Below are positions 29,778-40,195 of a stretch of 64,000 nucleotides of DNA, one piece after another. A program made the translations under genes and the position numbers. How positions within the stretch are numbered: the stretch's first letter is position 1; each line of letters begins with the position of its first letter. This DNA comes from Bacteroidota bacterium (GTDB lineage Bacteria; Bacteroidota; Bacteroidia; UBA4408). The notes beneath the pieces were generated by a model, which was given only the letters and a program-made list of their open reading frames with translations, made no database searches and was not told where the DNA came from. Location: the NCBI GenBank assembly GCA_963169745.1, contig CAUJCU010000024.1, positions 80,842-144,841 of the forward strand. Reading direction: 5' to 3'.

Positions 29778-31154
29778 ATGAAATTCAGGCTAATTGTTTT
29801 CTGTCTTTTAATGCAATTTCAATTTCCGGTTTACTCCCAATTGTGGAGTAAACCGGATTTTAAATTAAGTGCTTCACCAAATAAGTTATATGTAGATACA
29901 ACAGAGAATAAGTTATATATCTTAGGCAGATTTACAAAATTAAATGATACAGTTAACTGTAGAGGACTTATGTCTTGGGATGGTCAAAACTATCAAACAT
30001 TTGGAACAGGTTTTGACGATGACCAAACTTTATTTACTCAAAATTTATTTGACGTAATTAAATACAAAAACAAAATTTATGTTGGTGGATTTCTTCAAAA
30101 AGCGGGTAATGTTTATACAAAATACATTGCACAATGGGACGGCAATCAGTGGGATTCAGTTTCGCATAGGTTTAATAACGGTGCTTTATGTTTTAAAAAT
30201 ATAGATGATACTTTATACATTGGAGGTTATCAAAAAAAAGTTGGTAATATGAATGTAGAGGGAATTGTAAAATTTGACGGTACAAATTTTTACCCTTTAC
30301 CATCGTTTTATCCTTATAATGTTCAATATATAAATGGAATTGAATATTATAACGGTCATTTGTATGTGTGTGGTTTTATAACAGATTCTTTAGGATGGCC
30401 AAGAGGTGTAATGAAATTAGTTGACAACCACTGGATTCCGGCAGGGCAGGGAATACAAGGGTCAACTGTTTTTATGTACAGGTTAATTGTTTATCAAAAT
30501 AAATTAATTGCAACGGGTTTCTATAATGCAAATACAGTGAATGTTGACGATTTTATACAGGCGTGGAATGATACTGTGTGGACTTCGGTAGGTGGTGGAA
30601 CAGGAGATTTCAACGGTTCAATTAGTGATATGAAAATAGTTGACAACAAACTTTATTGTGTTGGAACATTTAATCAAGCAGGAGGAATAACAGCAAACCA
30701 ATTTGCAATGTGGGATGGTCTATACTGGTGCAGCGTTGGTTCTACTTTTAATAATAAAATTGATGCTATTGAAAATTTTAATGACACTATTTTTATAGCA
30801 GGAAATTTTTTAGCTGTGGATGGTGATAGTTCAATCTCAAAATTAGCAAAATGGATTGGCGGAAATTACACGGCAGAGTGTGGCAACACAACAACAGTTA
30901 AAGAACTTGAAAATGAAGGCGGTTTAAATGTATATCCTAATCCTTGTAACAATTTTTTATATATACAATTAAATCAAAGTTTTTCAAAAGCAAATTCTGT
31001 GTTAATTATTAATAGTTTAGGGCAAACCGTGTTAGAATTAAAGAACATCAATACAAACAATCCAATAAATATTTCTGATTTAGCAGATGGTTTGTATGTT
31101 GTAAAAATTTCAAACAATCAAAATAATTATTTTACTAAAGTTCTAAAAAATTGA
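29778..31154 (+). CDS. T9SS-secreted beta-propeller-like protein (type A sorting domain)
   Basis: 458 aa; signal peptide; repeated '...YVGGFL / LYIGGY / LYVCGFI / LIATGFY / LYCVGTF / IFIAGNF' blade motifs; C-terminus 'LNVYPNPCNNFLYIQLN...DGLYVVKISNNQNNYFTKVLKN'. Confidence 0.7.
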   Translation: MKFRLIVFCLLMQFQFPVYSQLWSKPDFKLSASPNKLYVDTTENKLYILGRFTKLNDTVNCRGLMSWDGQNYQTFGTGFDDDQTLFTQNLFDVIKYKNKIYVGGFLQKAGNVYTKYIAQWDGNQWDSVSHRFNNGALCFKNIDDTLYIGGYQKKVGNMNVEGIVKFDGTNFYPLPSFYPYNVQYINGIEYYNGHLYVCGFITDSLGWPRGVMKLVDNHWIPAGQGIQGSTVFMYRLIVYQNKLIATGFYNANTVNVDDFIQAWNDTVWTSVGGGTGDFNGSISDMKIVDNKLYCVGTFNQAGGITANQFAMWDGLYWCSVGSTFNNKIDAIENFNDTIFIAGNFLAVDGDSSISKLAKWIGGNYTAECGNTTTVKELENEGGLNVYPNPCNNFLYIQLNQSFSKANSVLIINSLGQTVLELKNINTNNPINISDLADGLYVVKISNNQNNYFTKVLKN

Positions 31155-31303
31155 GACGAATAACTATACCTTGCAAATTCATCAACCCCAATTCCAAACT
31201 CTCATTTTAAGTGTTTGAAATTGTATTTATTTGCTTAGTTTAGCGAAACAATTGATAAGAAATTTAAGTTATTAGACAGACTGCCGACACGTGTAATTCC
31301 TTT

Positions 31304-31792
31304 TTATTTTTTGCAGTTGCTCTTATTTTCTTTTTGTATTTCTTTAAGCAACTCCCATATCAACTCGGTTTCAAAACCTTTAGAATAGGCAAAACGAACT
31401 AATTTATTTAGTTCTAATGGGCTTAGGTTAAGCTTACCGCTTGATTTTTTTATAAGAATGTTGTGCAAGCATTTTCGGTATTCATGATTTGTAATTTTAC
31501 TTAATGACTTACGAATACAATAATCACTTATTTGATGTTGTTTCAGGGCTTTTGTAATTTTTATTTTACCCCAATTTTTTATTCTAAACTTACCTCCGGC
31601 AAGCTGTATGGCAAAGCGCTCCTCGTTAATAAAATCATGACTTACCAAATCAGCTATTATGCTTTCGGTATATTGTGGTGTGGTTTTCCACTCAAATAAT
31701 TTATGCCGCATTTCCTGCTGGGAGCGTTCCTGATAAGTGCAAAATTTTTGCGCTTTAAGTAATATAATTTTGTAGTTGCCTTCGGGCATCAT
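31304..31792 (-). CDS. recX: regulatory protein RecX family
   Basis: 162 aa; helical-repeat pattern resembles RecX; not adjacent to recA. Confidence 0.5.
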   Translation of the reverse strand: MMPEGNYKIILLKAQKFCTYQERSQQEMRHKLFEWKTTPQYTESIIADLVSHDFINEERFAIQLAGGKFRIKNWGKIKITKALKQHQISDYCIRKSLSKITNHEYRKCLHNILIKKSSGKLNLSPLELNKLVRFAYSKGFETELIWELLKEIQKENKSNCKK

Positions 31793-33666
31793 TAATAATC
31801 TAGGTACTCCTGAAAAAGCACTTGTAAGTATGCTTTCCCACTTTTATTTAAACTATCGGCAAGGGCCGGTGACGAGCACTTGTTAAAATCATTGCTTTTA
31901 CTCTGATAATTGTAAGTTAACCAATTATTACCCGGTGCTAACCATCCAAATCCGGTAGTAAGCGCATAGTATGCAAATTCTTTGGTATAGGGATTCATCA
32001 TGTTCCGACTCCATTCAAATTCCTTACTGCTTTGCTTCATTTGTTTTAATAAGGTACTTACAAAATCATTTTGAGAGCCTAAAAAATGGTTTTTCTTTCC
32101 TCGGTATTCATCTTTTAAAACATCACCATAAAAAATAAGAGGAATTTTACGATTTAAGGGCTCAAAATAATTACGGTCGTAGTGTGTGTGTTTGCTGTGA
32201 TCGGCAACTAAAATGAATAAAGTATTCTTGTACCAATCTTGTTTTTTACAGGCATCAATATAAGCTCCAATACAACTGTCGCTGTAATTAGCTCCGTTTA
32301 AGTAATCGCGCTCAGAACCTCCTTTTTCAATTTTCCACTTAGCCGGAATATCGTATGGGCTATGTGTGCTAACCGTGAAAAGTGCCGAAAAAAATGGTTG
32401 AGGTTTTGTTTGTAATTCCTGTAAATGGTCAGCTAAAGTATATTGGTCATGAATACCCAGTTTCCCGCTTGGAATACTGCTGTCATAATCATAAATATCT
32501 TTTAATTTGTGAAATTGGTTGAAGTATAAATAACTTTTTATATTGGCATAAGTAAGTTGTCCGCCAAAATAGAAAGAAGTGTTGTACCCTAATTTCAACA
32601 GTCTTTTATTTAATGAAGGGAGTTTACTGAATTTTGCGTGTTCTTTAATTATGGAAACTTCAGGCTCTGAAGGAAATCCACTAAACAATGAAGCAATTCC
32701 CTGATGAGAAAGTGTACCGGTAGCATAAATATTATCAAATAAATAACCTTGAGCAATTAATTTTTCTATTTGCGGTGTAATGCCGGTATCGCCTCCACAA
32801 CTTTGTATCAAATCTGACGAAAAACTTTCCAGAATGAGCATAACAATATTAGGTCGTTTGTTGTTTAAAAAATAAACAGTGCTATCAATAGCTACTTCAT
32901 GCAAACGCTTAACCTCCTTTTGAGCTTCGGCAACCGGCATGGTTATATACGGATTTTTATCCATGCTCCTGTTGTTTTGATATAAACTCCCCAATAAGTT
33001 CCATAGAGAGTTTACACTAGCCAGGTTAACGGTGTTGTTATTGGTATAGTACGACCAGCTTTGATTGATGGGTATTTGTTGCCAGCCACCTCTTAATCCC
33101 AAAGCAATGAGTACAGCTCCTGCGAGAAAATGAAGGACCACTAAGCCTGTTTTTTTACTTGTTTTTAAACTAGTAATAGATGAAGCGTAGGAGGGGACCA
33201 AAAAATGATATAATTTGTAAGCACCTATAAAAAGAATTAAGGTGTAGGTAAAAAATATTACTGTTTGCGCATAAGTGGCTGTTTGAAAAACTTCTGAAGG
33301 CTGCGCTAAATATACAACTGCTCTGTAATCAATTTTAGTTTGCCATTCGGCATACAAGTTCAATTCGGCTGCTACAATTAAAAGATAAACTAAGGTGATT
33401 ATAAACGAATATATTTTAGTGCTCTTACTGGCCCAGTTTTTCTCAGTTAAGTCTTGTATGCAAAGAAAAATTAAGGGTAAAGCAGAGATATAGGAAATCA
33501 TGCTTAGGTCTAAAGCCAAAGCATGGTATGGCATAGCAAAAATTAATGGCCAAGATATTTCTTTCATTTTTTGAAAGTAATAGGCCACAAATACCAAGCG
33601 GCTGCTGTTAAAAAGAATCAGCCAAAACAAGGAATAACGCGCTAAAAAAAGAATCTTTGACTTCAA
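31792..33666 (-). CDS. LTA synthase/sulfatase-family membrane protein (phosphoglycerol/phosphoethanolamine transferase-like)
   Basis: 624 aa; N-terminal 5-TM region plus periplasmic alkaline-phosphatase superfamily domain ('MLILESFSSD', 'VADHSKH'). Confidence 0.7.
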   Translation of the reverse strand: MKSKILFLARYSLFWLILFNSSRLVFVAYYFQKMKEISWPLIFAMPYHALALDLSMISYISALPLIFLCIQDLTEKNWASKSTKIYSFIITLVYLLIVAAELNLYAEWQTKIDYRAVVYLAQPSEVFQTATYAQTVIFFTYTLILFIGAYKLYHFLVPSYASSITSLKTSKKTGLVVLHFLAGAVLIALGLRGGWQQIPINQSWSYYTNNNTVNLASVNSLWNLLGSLYQNNRSMDKNPYITMPVAEAQKEVKRLHEVAIDSTVYFLNNKRPNIVMLILESFSSDLIQSCGGDTGITPQIEKLIAQGYLFDNIYATGTLSHQGIASLFSGFPSEPEVSIIKEHAKFSKLPSLNKRLLKLGYNTSFYFGGQLTYANIKSYLYFNQFHKLKDIYDYDSSIPSGKLGIHDQYTLADHLQELQTKPQPFFSALFTVSTHSPYDIPAKWKIEKGGSERDYLNGANYSDSCIGAYIDACKKQDWYKNTLFILVADHSKHTHYDRNYFEPLNRKIPLIFYGDVLKDEYRGKKNHFLGSQNDFVSTLLKQMKQSSKEFEWSRNMMNPYTKEFAYYALTTGFGWLAPGNNWLTYNYQSKSNDFNKCSSPALADSLNKSGKAYLQVLFQEYLDY

Positions 33667-33696
33667 AACTTTAAGGTATAAGTTTTGAGGGTTAAA

Positions 33697-34575
33697 TTAA
33701 TAATTTTTTATGGCTTGCTCTAATGCCACATATACATTATTGTTTATAGGAGCCAAAGGCATACGTGCTTTATCGTTGCAAATTCCTAATAATTTTAGAG
33801 CTGCCTTTATGCCTCCCGGATTACCGTCAGCAAAGAGTAAATCGGTAATAGCCATTAGCTTATAGTGTATGGGGCGGGCTGCTTCAAAATTTCCATCTAA
33901 ACAATGCTTTACCATAATGCTGAAATCGGATGTAAAAGCATTAGCCGTAACTGAAATAACACCGCATCCTCCGGCAGCAATGATAGGTAATGTAAGGTTA
34001 TCATCGCCTGAAATAACCATAAAATCATCAGGTTTGTTCTTTAGAATATGCATTATTTGTTCCATATTTCCTGAAGCTTCTTTAATTCCGATAATGTTTT
34101 TAACCTCATGAGCAAGATGAAGTGTAGTTTGTGCACTAAGGTTAGAACCGGTACGTCCGGGAACATTGTATAAAATAATGGGGAGCTGTGACACTTGTGC
34201 AAGGGCTGTATAGTGGGTTATAATACCCTGCTGTGAAGGTTTATTGTAATAGGGCGAAACGGATAATACTGCTGAAAAGTCGCTATAATCAAAAGTTTCA
34301 AGTTGTATAATAAGTTCTTGTGTGTTGTTGCCTCCAATTCCAATTACGAGGGGTACACGTTTGTTATTGACTTCTTTAATACATGTTATGACCTCTTTTC
34401 TTTCGGCAGCACTCAAAGTGGCTGTTTCACCGGTAGTGCCAAGAACTACAATATAACTTATTCCCTGCGTAATTATTCTTTCGGTTAGTTTTTCGAGACT
34501 TTTAAAATCAACGCTCCCATCTGATTGAAAAGGCGTAATAATTGCTACTCCGGTTCCTATAAGCTCTTTTTTCAT
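33697..34575 (-). CDS. dapA: 4-hydroxy-tetrahydrodipicolinate synthase
   Basis: 'GTGVAIITPFQSDGSVDFKSLEKLTERIITQGISYIVVLGTTGETATLS'; 292 aa. Confidence 0.9.
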   Translation of the reverse strand: MKKELIGTGVAIITPFQSDGSVDFKSLEKLTERIITQGISYIVVLGTTGETATLSAAERKEVITCIKEVNNKRVPLVIGIGGNNTQELIIQLETFDYSDFSAVLSVSPYYNKPSQQGIITHYTALAQVSQLPIILYNVPGRTGSNLSAQTTLHLAHEVKNIIGIKEASGNMEQIMHILKNKPDDFMVISGDDNLTLPIIAAGGCGVISVTANAFTSDFSIMVKHCLDGNFEAARPIHYKLMAITDLLFADGNPGGIKAALKLLGICNDKARMPLAPINNNVYVALEQAIKNY

Positions 34576-34576
34576 T

Positions 34577-35128
34577 TTATTTTTTAGGTTGAATCATGGT
34601 TAAGTATTTTTCTAAAGTTTCAATAAAAACGTGAAGCTTGGTATTTTCTTCCACTTTAATCATCATGTCGTAATAAGGAGCAAATTTGCTATGCTCCCGC
34701 CCAACTTTAAAATTAGCCTTTGATAATGCAGTTACATACAATAATGGCGTTTTGTAATCCATACATAAATTAATAAGCACTTCAAAGGGCTCCTGTAAAA
34801 AGTTATCAATAATGGGATCGTTAGGTTTTAAATACCATTTAAGCTGTTTTCTCGAAAAAAAATCATATTCTAATTTTGAACTCATCAAGGTAGGCTCTTC
34901 TTTCCCATCATAAAAGCCTAAGGCTCGCACCTTCTTTTTATTTCCTTTAAGCTTTTTGATATACTTTTTAATAATTTCGAAATCTTCACGATCGGTTGCA
35001 TCAAAAATAAGTGCAATAGTTTCAGCATCATTAAAATTAACTACTTCACGCTTTCTTTGTATGGCTGAAAATTCCTTTTTCAACAAATACTCACCAACTT
35101 TTTTCCGTGTTTTTTTAACGATGCTCAC
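34577..35128 (-). CDS. hypothetical protein (conserved, upstream partner of dapA)
   Basis: 183 aa; basic N-terminus; no recognisable motif; stop lies 2 bp from the dapA start. Confidence 0.45.
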   Translation of the reverse strand: MSIVKKTRKKVGEYLLKKEFSAIQRKREVVNFNDAETIALIFDATDREDFEIIKKYIKKLKGNKKKVRALGFYDGKEEPTLMSSKLEYDFFSRKQLKWYLKPNDPIIDNFLQEPFEVLINLCMDYKTPLLYVTALSKANFKVGREHSKFAPYYDMMIKVEENTKLHVFIETLEKYLTMIQPKK

Positions 35129-35261
35129 CCGAAATAATTAAAGTACAAACATAATTTTTTTAAATGAAAATAAATGCTTTTCTCATTTTTAAGAAGGAGT
35201 GAAATGAAAATGAACGAACCATCATAAGGCAGCCATAACTGCACTATAACCCAATGTTAAT

Positions 35262-36077
35262 TTATTGATTAAAATACTTGCTATCCCAACAGTTATCGCT
35301 AAAGTTTTTTTGTGTAGTTGAACCTAAGAATATGACAAAGAAGAATAGTGTAATAAAGCAATAAACCATAAGCCATAAACGTAGGCTTAACTGTCCTTCG
35401 GGTGTGGTGTGCAGCCAACTGAAAGGAATGCCAAATGCTATTAATGCTGCTGGCAACCACATGAAACCAAAAAAGGAATAAACACTTTTTATGGGAAAAG
35501 AGATTAATCCACGATACCAGCTTAAGTCACTTCCCCACTGGTGTATCAGATAGTATTTATTATCGGACAAACAGGCAAATAAAAGTGGGTCCTGGTTACA
35601 GTCTCCCAAATTAAAAACTTGAGACGGAGCAACCAACTTAAAATGCTCAATTTTTGTTTGATATTTATCTTCAAACATTTTAGTCTTTAAAATGGCTTCA
35701 TAAGGAAAGTCGGCTTTGAAATAAGCAGTATCTAAAAAACGTAAATTGTACTTTATGCAAACAGATTTAATTTGTTCTATAGTAAATACATTCTTTTGAT
35801 CGTTGGGTTCAATCATACTCCAGTCTAATAAAGCTTTAGAGGGGTTTTGCTGTAAACGGAATATTATATCTTCGTCTTGTTTTACCGAAAAACTGAGTAT
35901 TTCTGCCACTTGTTGTAGAATAGCTTTTGAGGTGTTTTCTTTATACTCAGTAAGTTCGTTTTTAATATTTATTTTTTTAAATAACATAGCACCATGTTTG
36001 TTTAATATTAATATACTTTCAAAAGTAAATGAAAAACAAAAGAGTAACAACACAATTAACATTAAGTTATAGACCAT
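35262..36077 (-). CDS. hypothetical membrane protein
   Basis: 271 aa; soluble N-terminal half, C-terminal 3-4 TM segments; start uncertain. Confidence 0.4.
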   Translation of the reverse strand: MVYNLMLIVLLLFCFSFTFESILILNKHGAMLFKKINIKNELTEYKENTSKAILQQVAEILSFSVKQDEDIIFRLQQNPSKALLDWSMIEPNDQKNVFTIEQIKSVCIKYNLRFLDTAYFKADFPYEAILKTKMFEDKYQTKIEHFKLVAPSQVFNLGDCNQDPLLFACLSDNKYYLIHQWGSDLSWYRGLISFPIKSVYSFFGFMWLPAALIAFGIPFSWLHTTPEGQLSLRLWLMVYCFITLFFFVIFLGSTTQKNFSDNCWDSKYFNQ

Positions 36078-36259
36078 TTCTCTTCTTTATGCATATTTTT
36101 AAAAAAAGTGTTTGATAGTTTTGGAAAAATGAGGATGAGTTAGCGTAAATCTGTTGTATTTCTTATAAACTTTAAGTTAATGATGGAAGGGGCTTTATTT
36201 AACTGCTTATTAGAGCTGTTTACTTTGAAATAAGGAATATATAAAATGGAGGAATGTAT

Positions 36260-38815
36260 TTAGCGCACTAAACTTACCACACCTTTTCTGAGTTCGTACG
36301 GGATTAGAGATTTTCCGTTTATGTCAAAGGCTTCTGCTTGCCATATATATAAACCAACAGGAGCAGGAACACCTTTGTAATACCCATCCCAACCAATGTT
36401 TAAATTCGTTGTTTCAAAAATTTTTTCACCCCATCGGTTAAAAACCCAAAGTGTAAATTGTTCAACATCTCTACCCACTGCCTTAAATACATCATTTAGA
36501 CCATCATTGTTGGGGGTAAAAGCCGTTGGTATGTATATTGCACTACACTCTGCAGTAACTATAACCGAATCTTTGGCACTACATGTACCGTTGTTCATGG
36601 TTAAATAATAGATCGTAGTTTGCTCTGGTAAAGCTTTTACAGTAAAGTTGGTCGTGTCATTTAGGCCTGCTGAAGGGCTCCATAGTGGAATACCCTCACC
36701 GGTGCCGTTTAATTCAATTGGATTAACACAGTCACTCACAACATCATCACCAGCTTCTACAAAAGGTTTAGGTAAAAAAGTAAGACTTATAGTATCACGT
36801 GCTATACAGCCACCATTGCTTGTTACGGTTACACTGTATGGGCCGCCTTGTGTAACGCCTATCTGAATTCCACTTTCTCCGTTACTCCACTCAATGTTAT
36901 TGTAGTTTTGTGTGGTACTTAAATAAATAATATCTCCTTGGCAGGCTATTGTTTTAGAAGCATTGATATTAACAGAAATACCGGTATTAAACGATACCGT
37001 AACGGGGGCAGAAGTATTTACACAACCCTGATTGCTTGTAAGCTCAACATAATACTGACCGGAGCTAGCTGCCGTATAAGAGGCACTTGTAGCACCAGGA
37101 ATTGGATTATTGTTTAAATACCATTGAAAGATGGAAGCTGTACTTTGCACTTGTATTAACACCGGCATGCCATTACAAATTATAACAGAGCCCGAAGGGT
37201 TTAACTGCACCTCAGGCAAAGGCAACATTGTAACAACTACGGGTACTGAGGTTGTAATACACCCTCCGGCACTGGTTGCATTTATTGTGTAGCTTCCTTC
37301 TTGAGTTGTTGTTAAGCTGGTACTGGTGGCTCCGGGAATAGCATTGTTATTCAAAAACCATTGATAATTGGTGAAACCATTGGTTGTTTCGAGTGTTATA
37401 GAAGTGCCAACACAAAAGCTTAATACCCCTGATGAGGAGCTTATAATTGGCACAGGAGCATTAATAAGGCTTACCGTAATGATATTTGAAATGGCCGGGC
37501 AACCGTTGTTGTTTAACTGTAAACTGTAATTTCCTGAATCATTAACTGTTATTTGTGCTTGGGTTTCGCCAGGTATTGCTACTCCATTTAATAACCATTG
37601 GTATGAGCTTGCAGTGCCCTGACTTTCTATTGTAAGTGTTTGACCGGTGCAGAGTGTAGTAGAAGATAAAGCATTGATTTGCGCTGTAGGACTTGGGATA
37701 ACATTAACCTGAATTACATTTGAAATTCCGGTACAAGAAGCACTCCCAACTGAAAGGCTATAATCACCGCTTTGTGTAACAGTTATTGAAGCGCCTGTTT
37801 CTCCGGGAACGGGTATTCCATTCAGCAGCCATTGGTAAGTTCCAGGAGTAACCGTACTTAAAACCACATTATTACCATCACAAAAACTTATTGGGCCATT
37901 TGCCGATATAGTGGGTGAGGCTCCTGCGCCAACTTGAATATAACCGGTTTCGGTATGTGTAAAAGTACCACACGAATTGGTTATTTGAAGGGTAACCGTA
38001 AAATTTCCGGTATTGTTGTAGCAAATAGATGTTGGATTTTGAAGGTTAGAAGTTCCTGTTGCAGCTCCTGAAAAAGTCCAAAACCAAGTTAAAGGGTTTC
38101 CTTGACTGTTGTCTGTAAAAGAAATACAGTCACCCGGGCAAATTGTAGTTGACGAAGCTGTAAAATCGGGTATTCCTTGCAAGCCATTAGAGGTGCCCAT
38201 AGACACATTAGAGCCGCATTTAACTTGCCAAGTCGTTGAAGCATCACAGGTGCGACCAATAGAACAACCACTGGTAGAACTTAACGGAATTGAAGCATAA
38301 CCATTATTATTAGGATTAGATACGGTAACCGGTGCACAAGCACCGAGTGTTATTGAGGTGATATTAACCGGAAATTGTCCCGAACCCCAATAAATAGCAT
38401 CTTGTTGCACTCCTGTACTGTTAAGCAAAATAAGTTGCTCGTTTGGATTAGTAAGTGTCCCAATATTAGTGCCTGCTGTACAACCGCATGAAGCAATATC
38501 AATATCAACAGGGCCACCGGATGCAGGGCTGCCAATTACCAGATAGCCATAAGCAGCAATATTTGTTCCTGTGGGAAAAGTAACGGTATAATCACCATCA
38601 GTAAGCACGTAGCAACTTAAATCTATGGGCGTGTTACAGGTGTTGTATAGCTCAATCCATTCAGAAGTATTTGGATTGCAGCTCCCATCGCAAGCTCCTG
38701 TTGGGTTTATCATAACCTCATTAATAATAACACATTGGGCATTAACCTGAAGTGTTATAAAAAGAAGCCCTGCTATCAGTAGAAAATATTTCATATATGA
38801 AATGACAGTCAACAA
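36260..38815 (-). CDS. T9SS type B cargo: lamin-tail-domain plus PKD/Ig-repeat protein with gliding-motility-associated C-terminal domain
   Basis: 851 aa; N-terminal 'CVIINEVMINPTG...SEWIELYNTCNTPIDLSCYVLTDGDYTVTF' is a lamin-tail domain; ~7 Ig/PKD-like repeats ('YQWLLNG...PGET...'); C-terminus 'YIPTAFTPNNDGLNDVF...WVFNRWGEKIFET...WDGYYKGVPAPVGLYIWQAEA' is a type B CTD. Confidence 0.75.
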   Translation of the reverse strand: MLTVISYMKYFLLIAGLLFITLQVNAQCVIINEVMINPTGACDGSCNPNTSEWIELYNTCNTPIDLSCYVLTDGDYTVTFPTGTNIAAYGYLVIGSPASGGPVDIDIASCGCTAGTNIGTLTNPNEQLILLNSTGVQQDAIYWGSGQFPVNITSITLGACAPVTVSNPNNNGYASIPLSSTSGCSIGRTCDASTTWQVKCGSNVSMGTSNGLQGIPDFTASSTTICPGDCISFTDNSQGNPLTWFWTFSGAATGTSNLQNPTSICYNNTGNFTVTLQITNSCGTFTHTETGYIQVGAGASPTISANGPISFCDGNNVVLSTVTPGTYQWLLNGIPVPGETGASITVTQSGDYSLSVGSASCTGISNVIQVNVIPSPTAQINALSSTTLCTGQTLTIESQGTASSYQWLLNGVAIPGETQAQITVNDSGNYSLQLNNNGCPAISNIITVSLINAPVPIISSSSGVLSFCVGTSITLETTNGFTNYQWFLNNNAIPGATSTSLTTTQEGSYTINATSAGGCITTSVPVVVTMLPLPEVQLNPSGSVIICNGMPVLIQVQSTASIFQWYLNNNPIPGATSASYTAASSGQYYVELTSNQGCVNTSAPVTVSFNTGISVNINASKTIACQGDIIYLSTTQNYNNIEWSNGESGIQIGVTQGGPYSVTVTSNGGCIARDTISLTFLPKPFVEAGDDVVSDCVNPIELNGTGEGIPLWSPSAGLNDTTNFTVKALPEQTTIYYLTMNNGTCSAKDSVIVTAECSAIYIPTAFTPNNDGLNDVFKAVGRDVEQFTLWVFNRWGEKIFETTNLNIGWDGYYKGVPAPVGLYIWQAEAFDINGKSLIPYELRKGVVSLVR

Positions 38816-38999
38816 AACTAAAGCAAAAAAATATTCTTAATTGTTGAGGTTTGTTAATTTAGCTCAACGAGCAATTAAATTAGACGATAAGCATTACGAA
38901 CTGGTAAATTCCAGATTGATTCTATTACAAGAAAAACGTTAATTGAATCAAATAAAATAAAAATGAAAAGTTATGGTGTTTCTTAAACTGCTTGGGGGC

Positions 39000-40190
39000 T
39001 TAGGCTTCGTCAATACTTTTGAGAATAAGGGCACAGGCTTCTTCAATTTCATTTATGCTTATGGTAAGGGGAGGAGCGAGGCGCATGGCACTGTCGCAAA
39101 ATAAAAACCAATCGGTAATAACTCCATTTCTAATACAAGCATCAATAATTTTTTTGTTTTCGCCAAAACTACTGAATTGCAGAGCAAGTAAAAGTCCTTT
39201 TCCTCTAATTTCTAATATACGTTTATGTTGTAAAAGATCTTTGAAGTGTCTCTCTTTTTCCGCTACTTGAGCAATAAGTTGATTGTTCTGTAAAAATTGA
39301 AGAGCTGCTAGCCCGGCAGCACAACATACCGGATGCCCTCCAAAAGTGGTAATATGTCCTAAAATTGGGTTTTGTGCTAAACTTTGCATAATTTCAGAAG
39401 ATGATATAAAAGCACCTAATGGCATGCCACCTCCCAAACTTTTACTCAAACACAAAATATCCGGAGTAATATCATAATGTTCAAAGGCGAACATTTTTCC
39501 GGTTCGACCCATACCACATTGAATTTCATCAAGGACCAATAAGACCCCATAAGTCTCACATTTTTTTCTTAAAGCTTTAAAATATGCCTTATCTGCTGTT
39601 CTTACCCCGGCTTCGCCCTGAATTGTTTCAACAACTACACAGGCAAAATTGTTGTTGATATGTTCTAAATCATCAAAATTTCCAAATTGTATTATTTTGT
39701 TTCCAGGAATTAGAGGCCTAAAAGCATTTTTATATATTTCATTTCCCATAATGCTCAGCACCCCCTGGGAGCTACCATGATAGGCATTTCTACAACTGAT
39801 GGTTTGATACCTTCCGGTGTGTCTTTTAGCCAACTTTAATGCGCCATCTACAGCTTCGGCACCGGAGTTTACGAAATATACATTTTGTAGACTTGGAGGA
39901 AGTAAATTGCAAAGATTTTGGGCAAACTTTACTTGTGGAGCTTGTACAAATTCACCATACACCATCAGGTGCATATAGCTCTGGGTTTGATGTATAATTG
40001 CTTCGGTAACCGCTTTATTCCCATGTCCCACATTGCTAACGGCTATTCCCGATATTAAGTCAAAATAGCGCTTCCCTGTAACGTCCCACATAAAAACACC
40101 CTCTGCTTTTTTCATCTCTAACAATAGAGGAAAGAAAGTTGTTTGAGCATTGTGCTGTAAAAATAACTGCCTATTACTTAACGAAGTCAT
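39000..40190 (-). CDS. class-III PLP-dependent aminotransferase (acetylornithine/omega-aminotransferase family)
   Basis: 'SNVGHGNKAVTEAIIHQTQ', 'VLDEIQCGMGRTGKMFAFEH'; probable start 'MTSLSNRQ' at 40190. Confidence 0.85.
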   Translation of the reverse strand: MTSLSNRQLFLQHNAQTTFFPLLLEMKKAEGVFMWDVTGKRYFDLISGIAVSNVGHGNKAVTEAIIHQTQSYMHLMVYGEFVQAPQVKFAQNLCNLLPPSLQNVYFVNSGAEAVDGALKLAKRHTGRYQTISCRNAYHGSSQGVLSIMGNEIYKNAFRPLIPGNKIIQFGNFDDLEHINNNFACVVVETIQGEAGVRTADKAYFKALRKKCETYGVLLVLDEIQCGMGRTGKMFAFEHYDITPDILCLSKSLGGGMPLGAFISSSEIMQSLAQNPILGHITTFGGHPVCCAAGLAALQFLQNNQLIAQVAEKERHFKDLLQHKRILEIRGKGLLLALQFSSFGENKKIIDACIRNGVITDWFLFCDSAMRLAPPLTISINEIEEACALILKSIDEA

Positions 40191-40195
40191 ATTTT

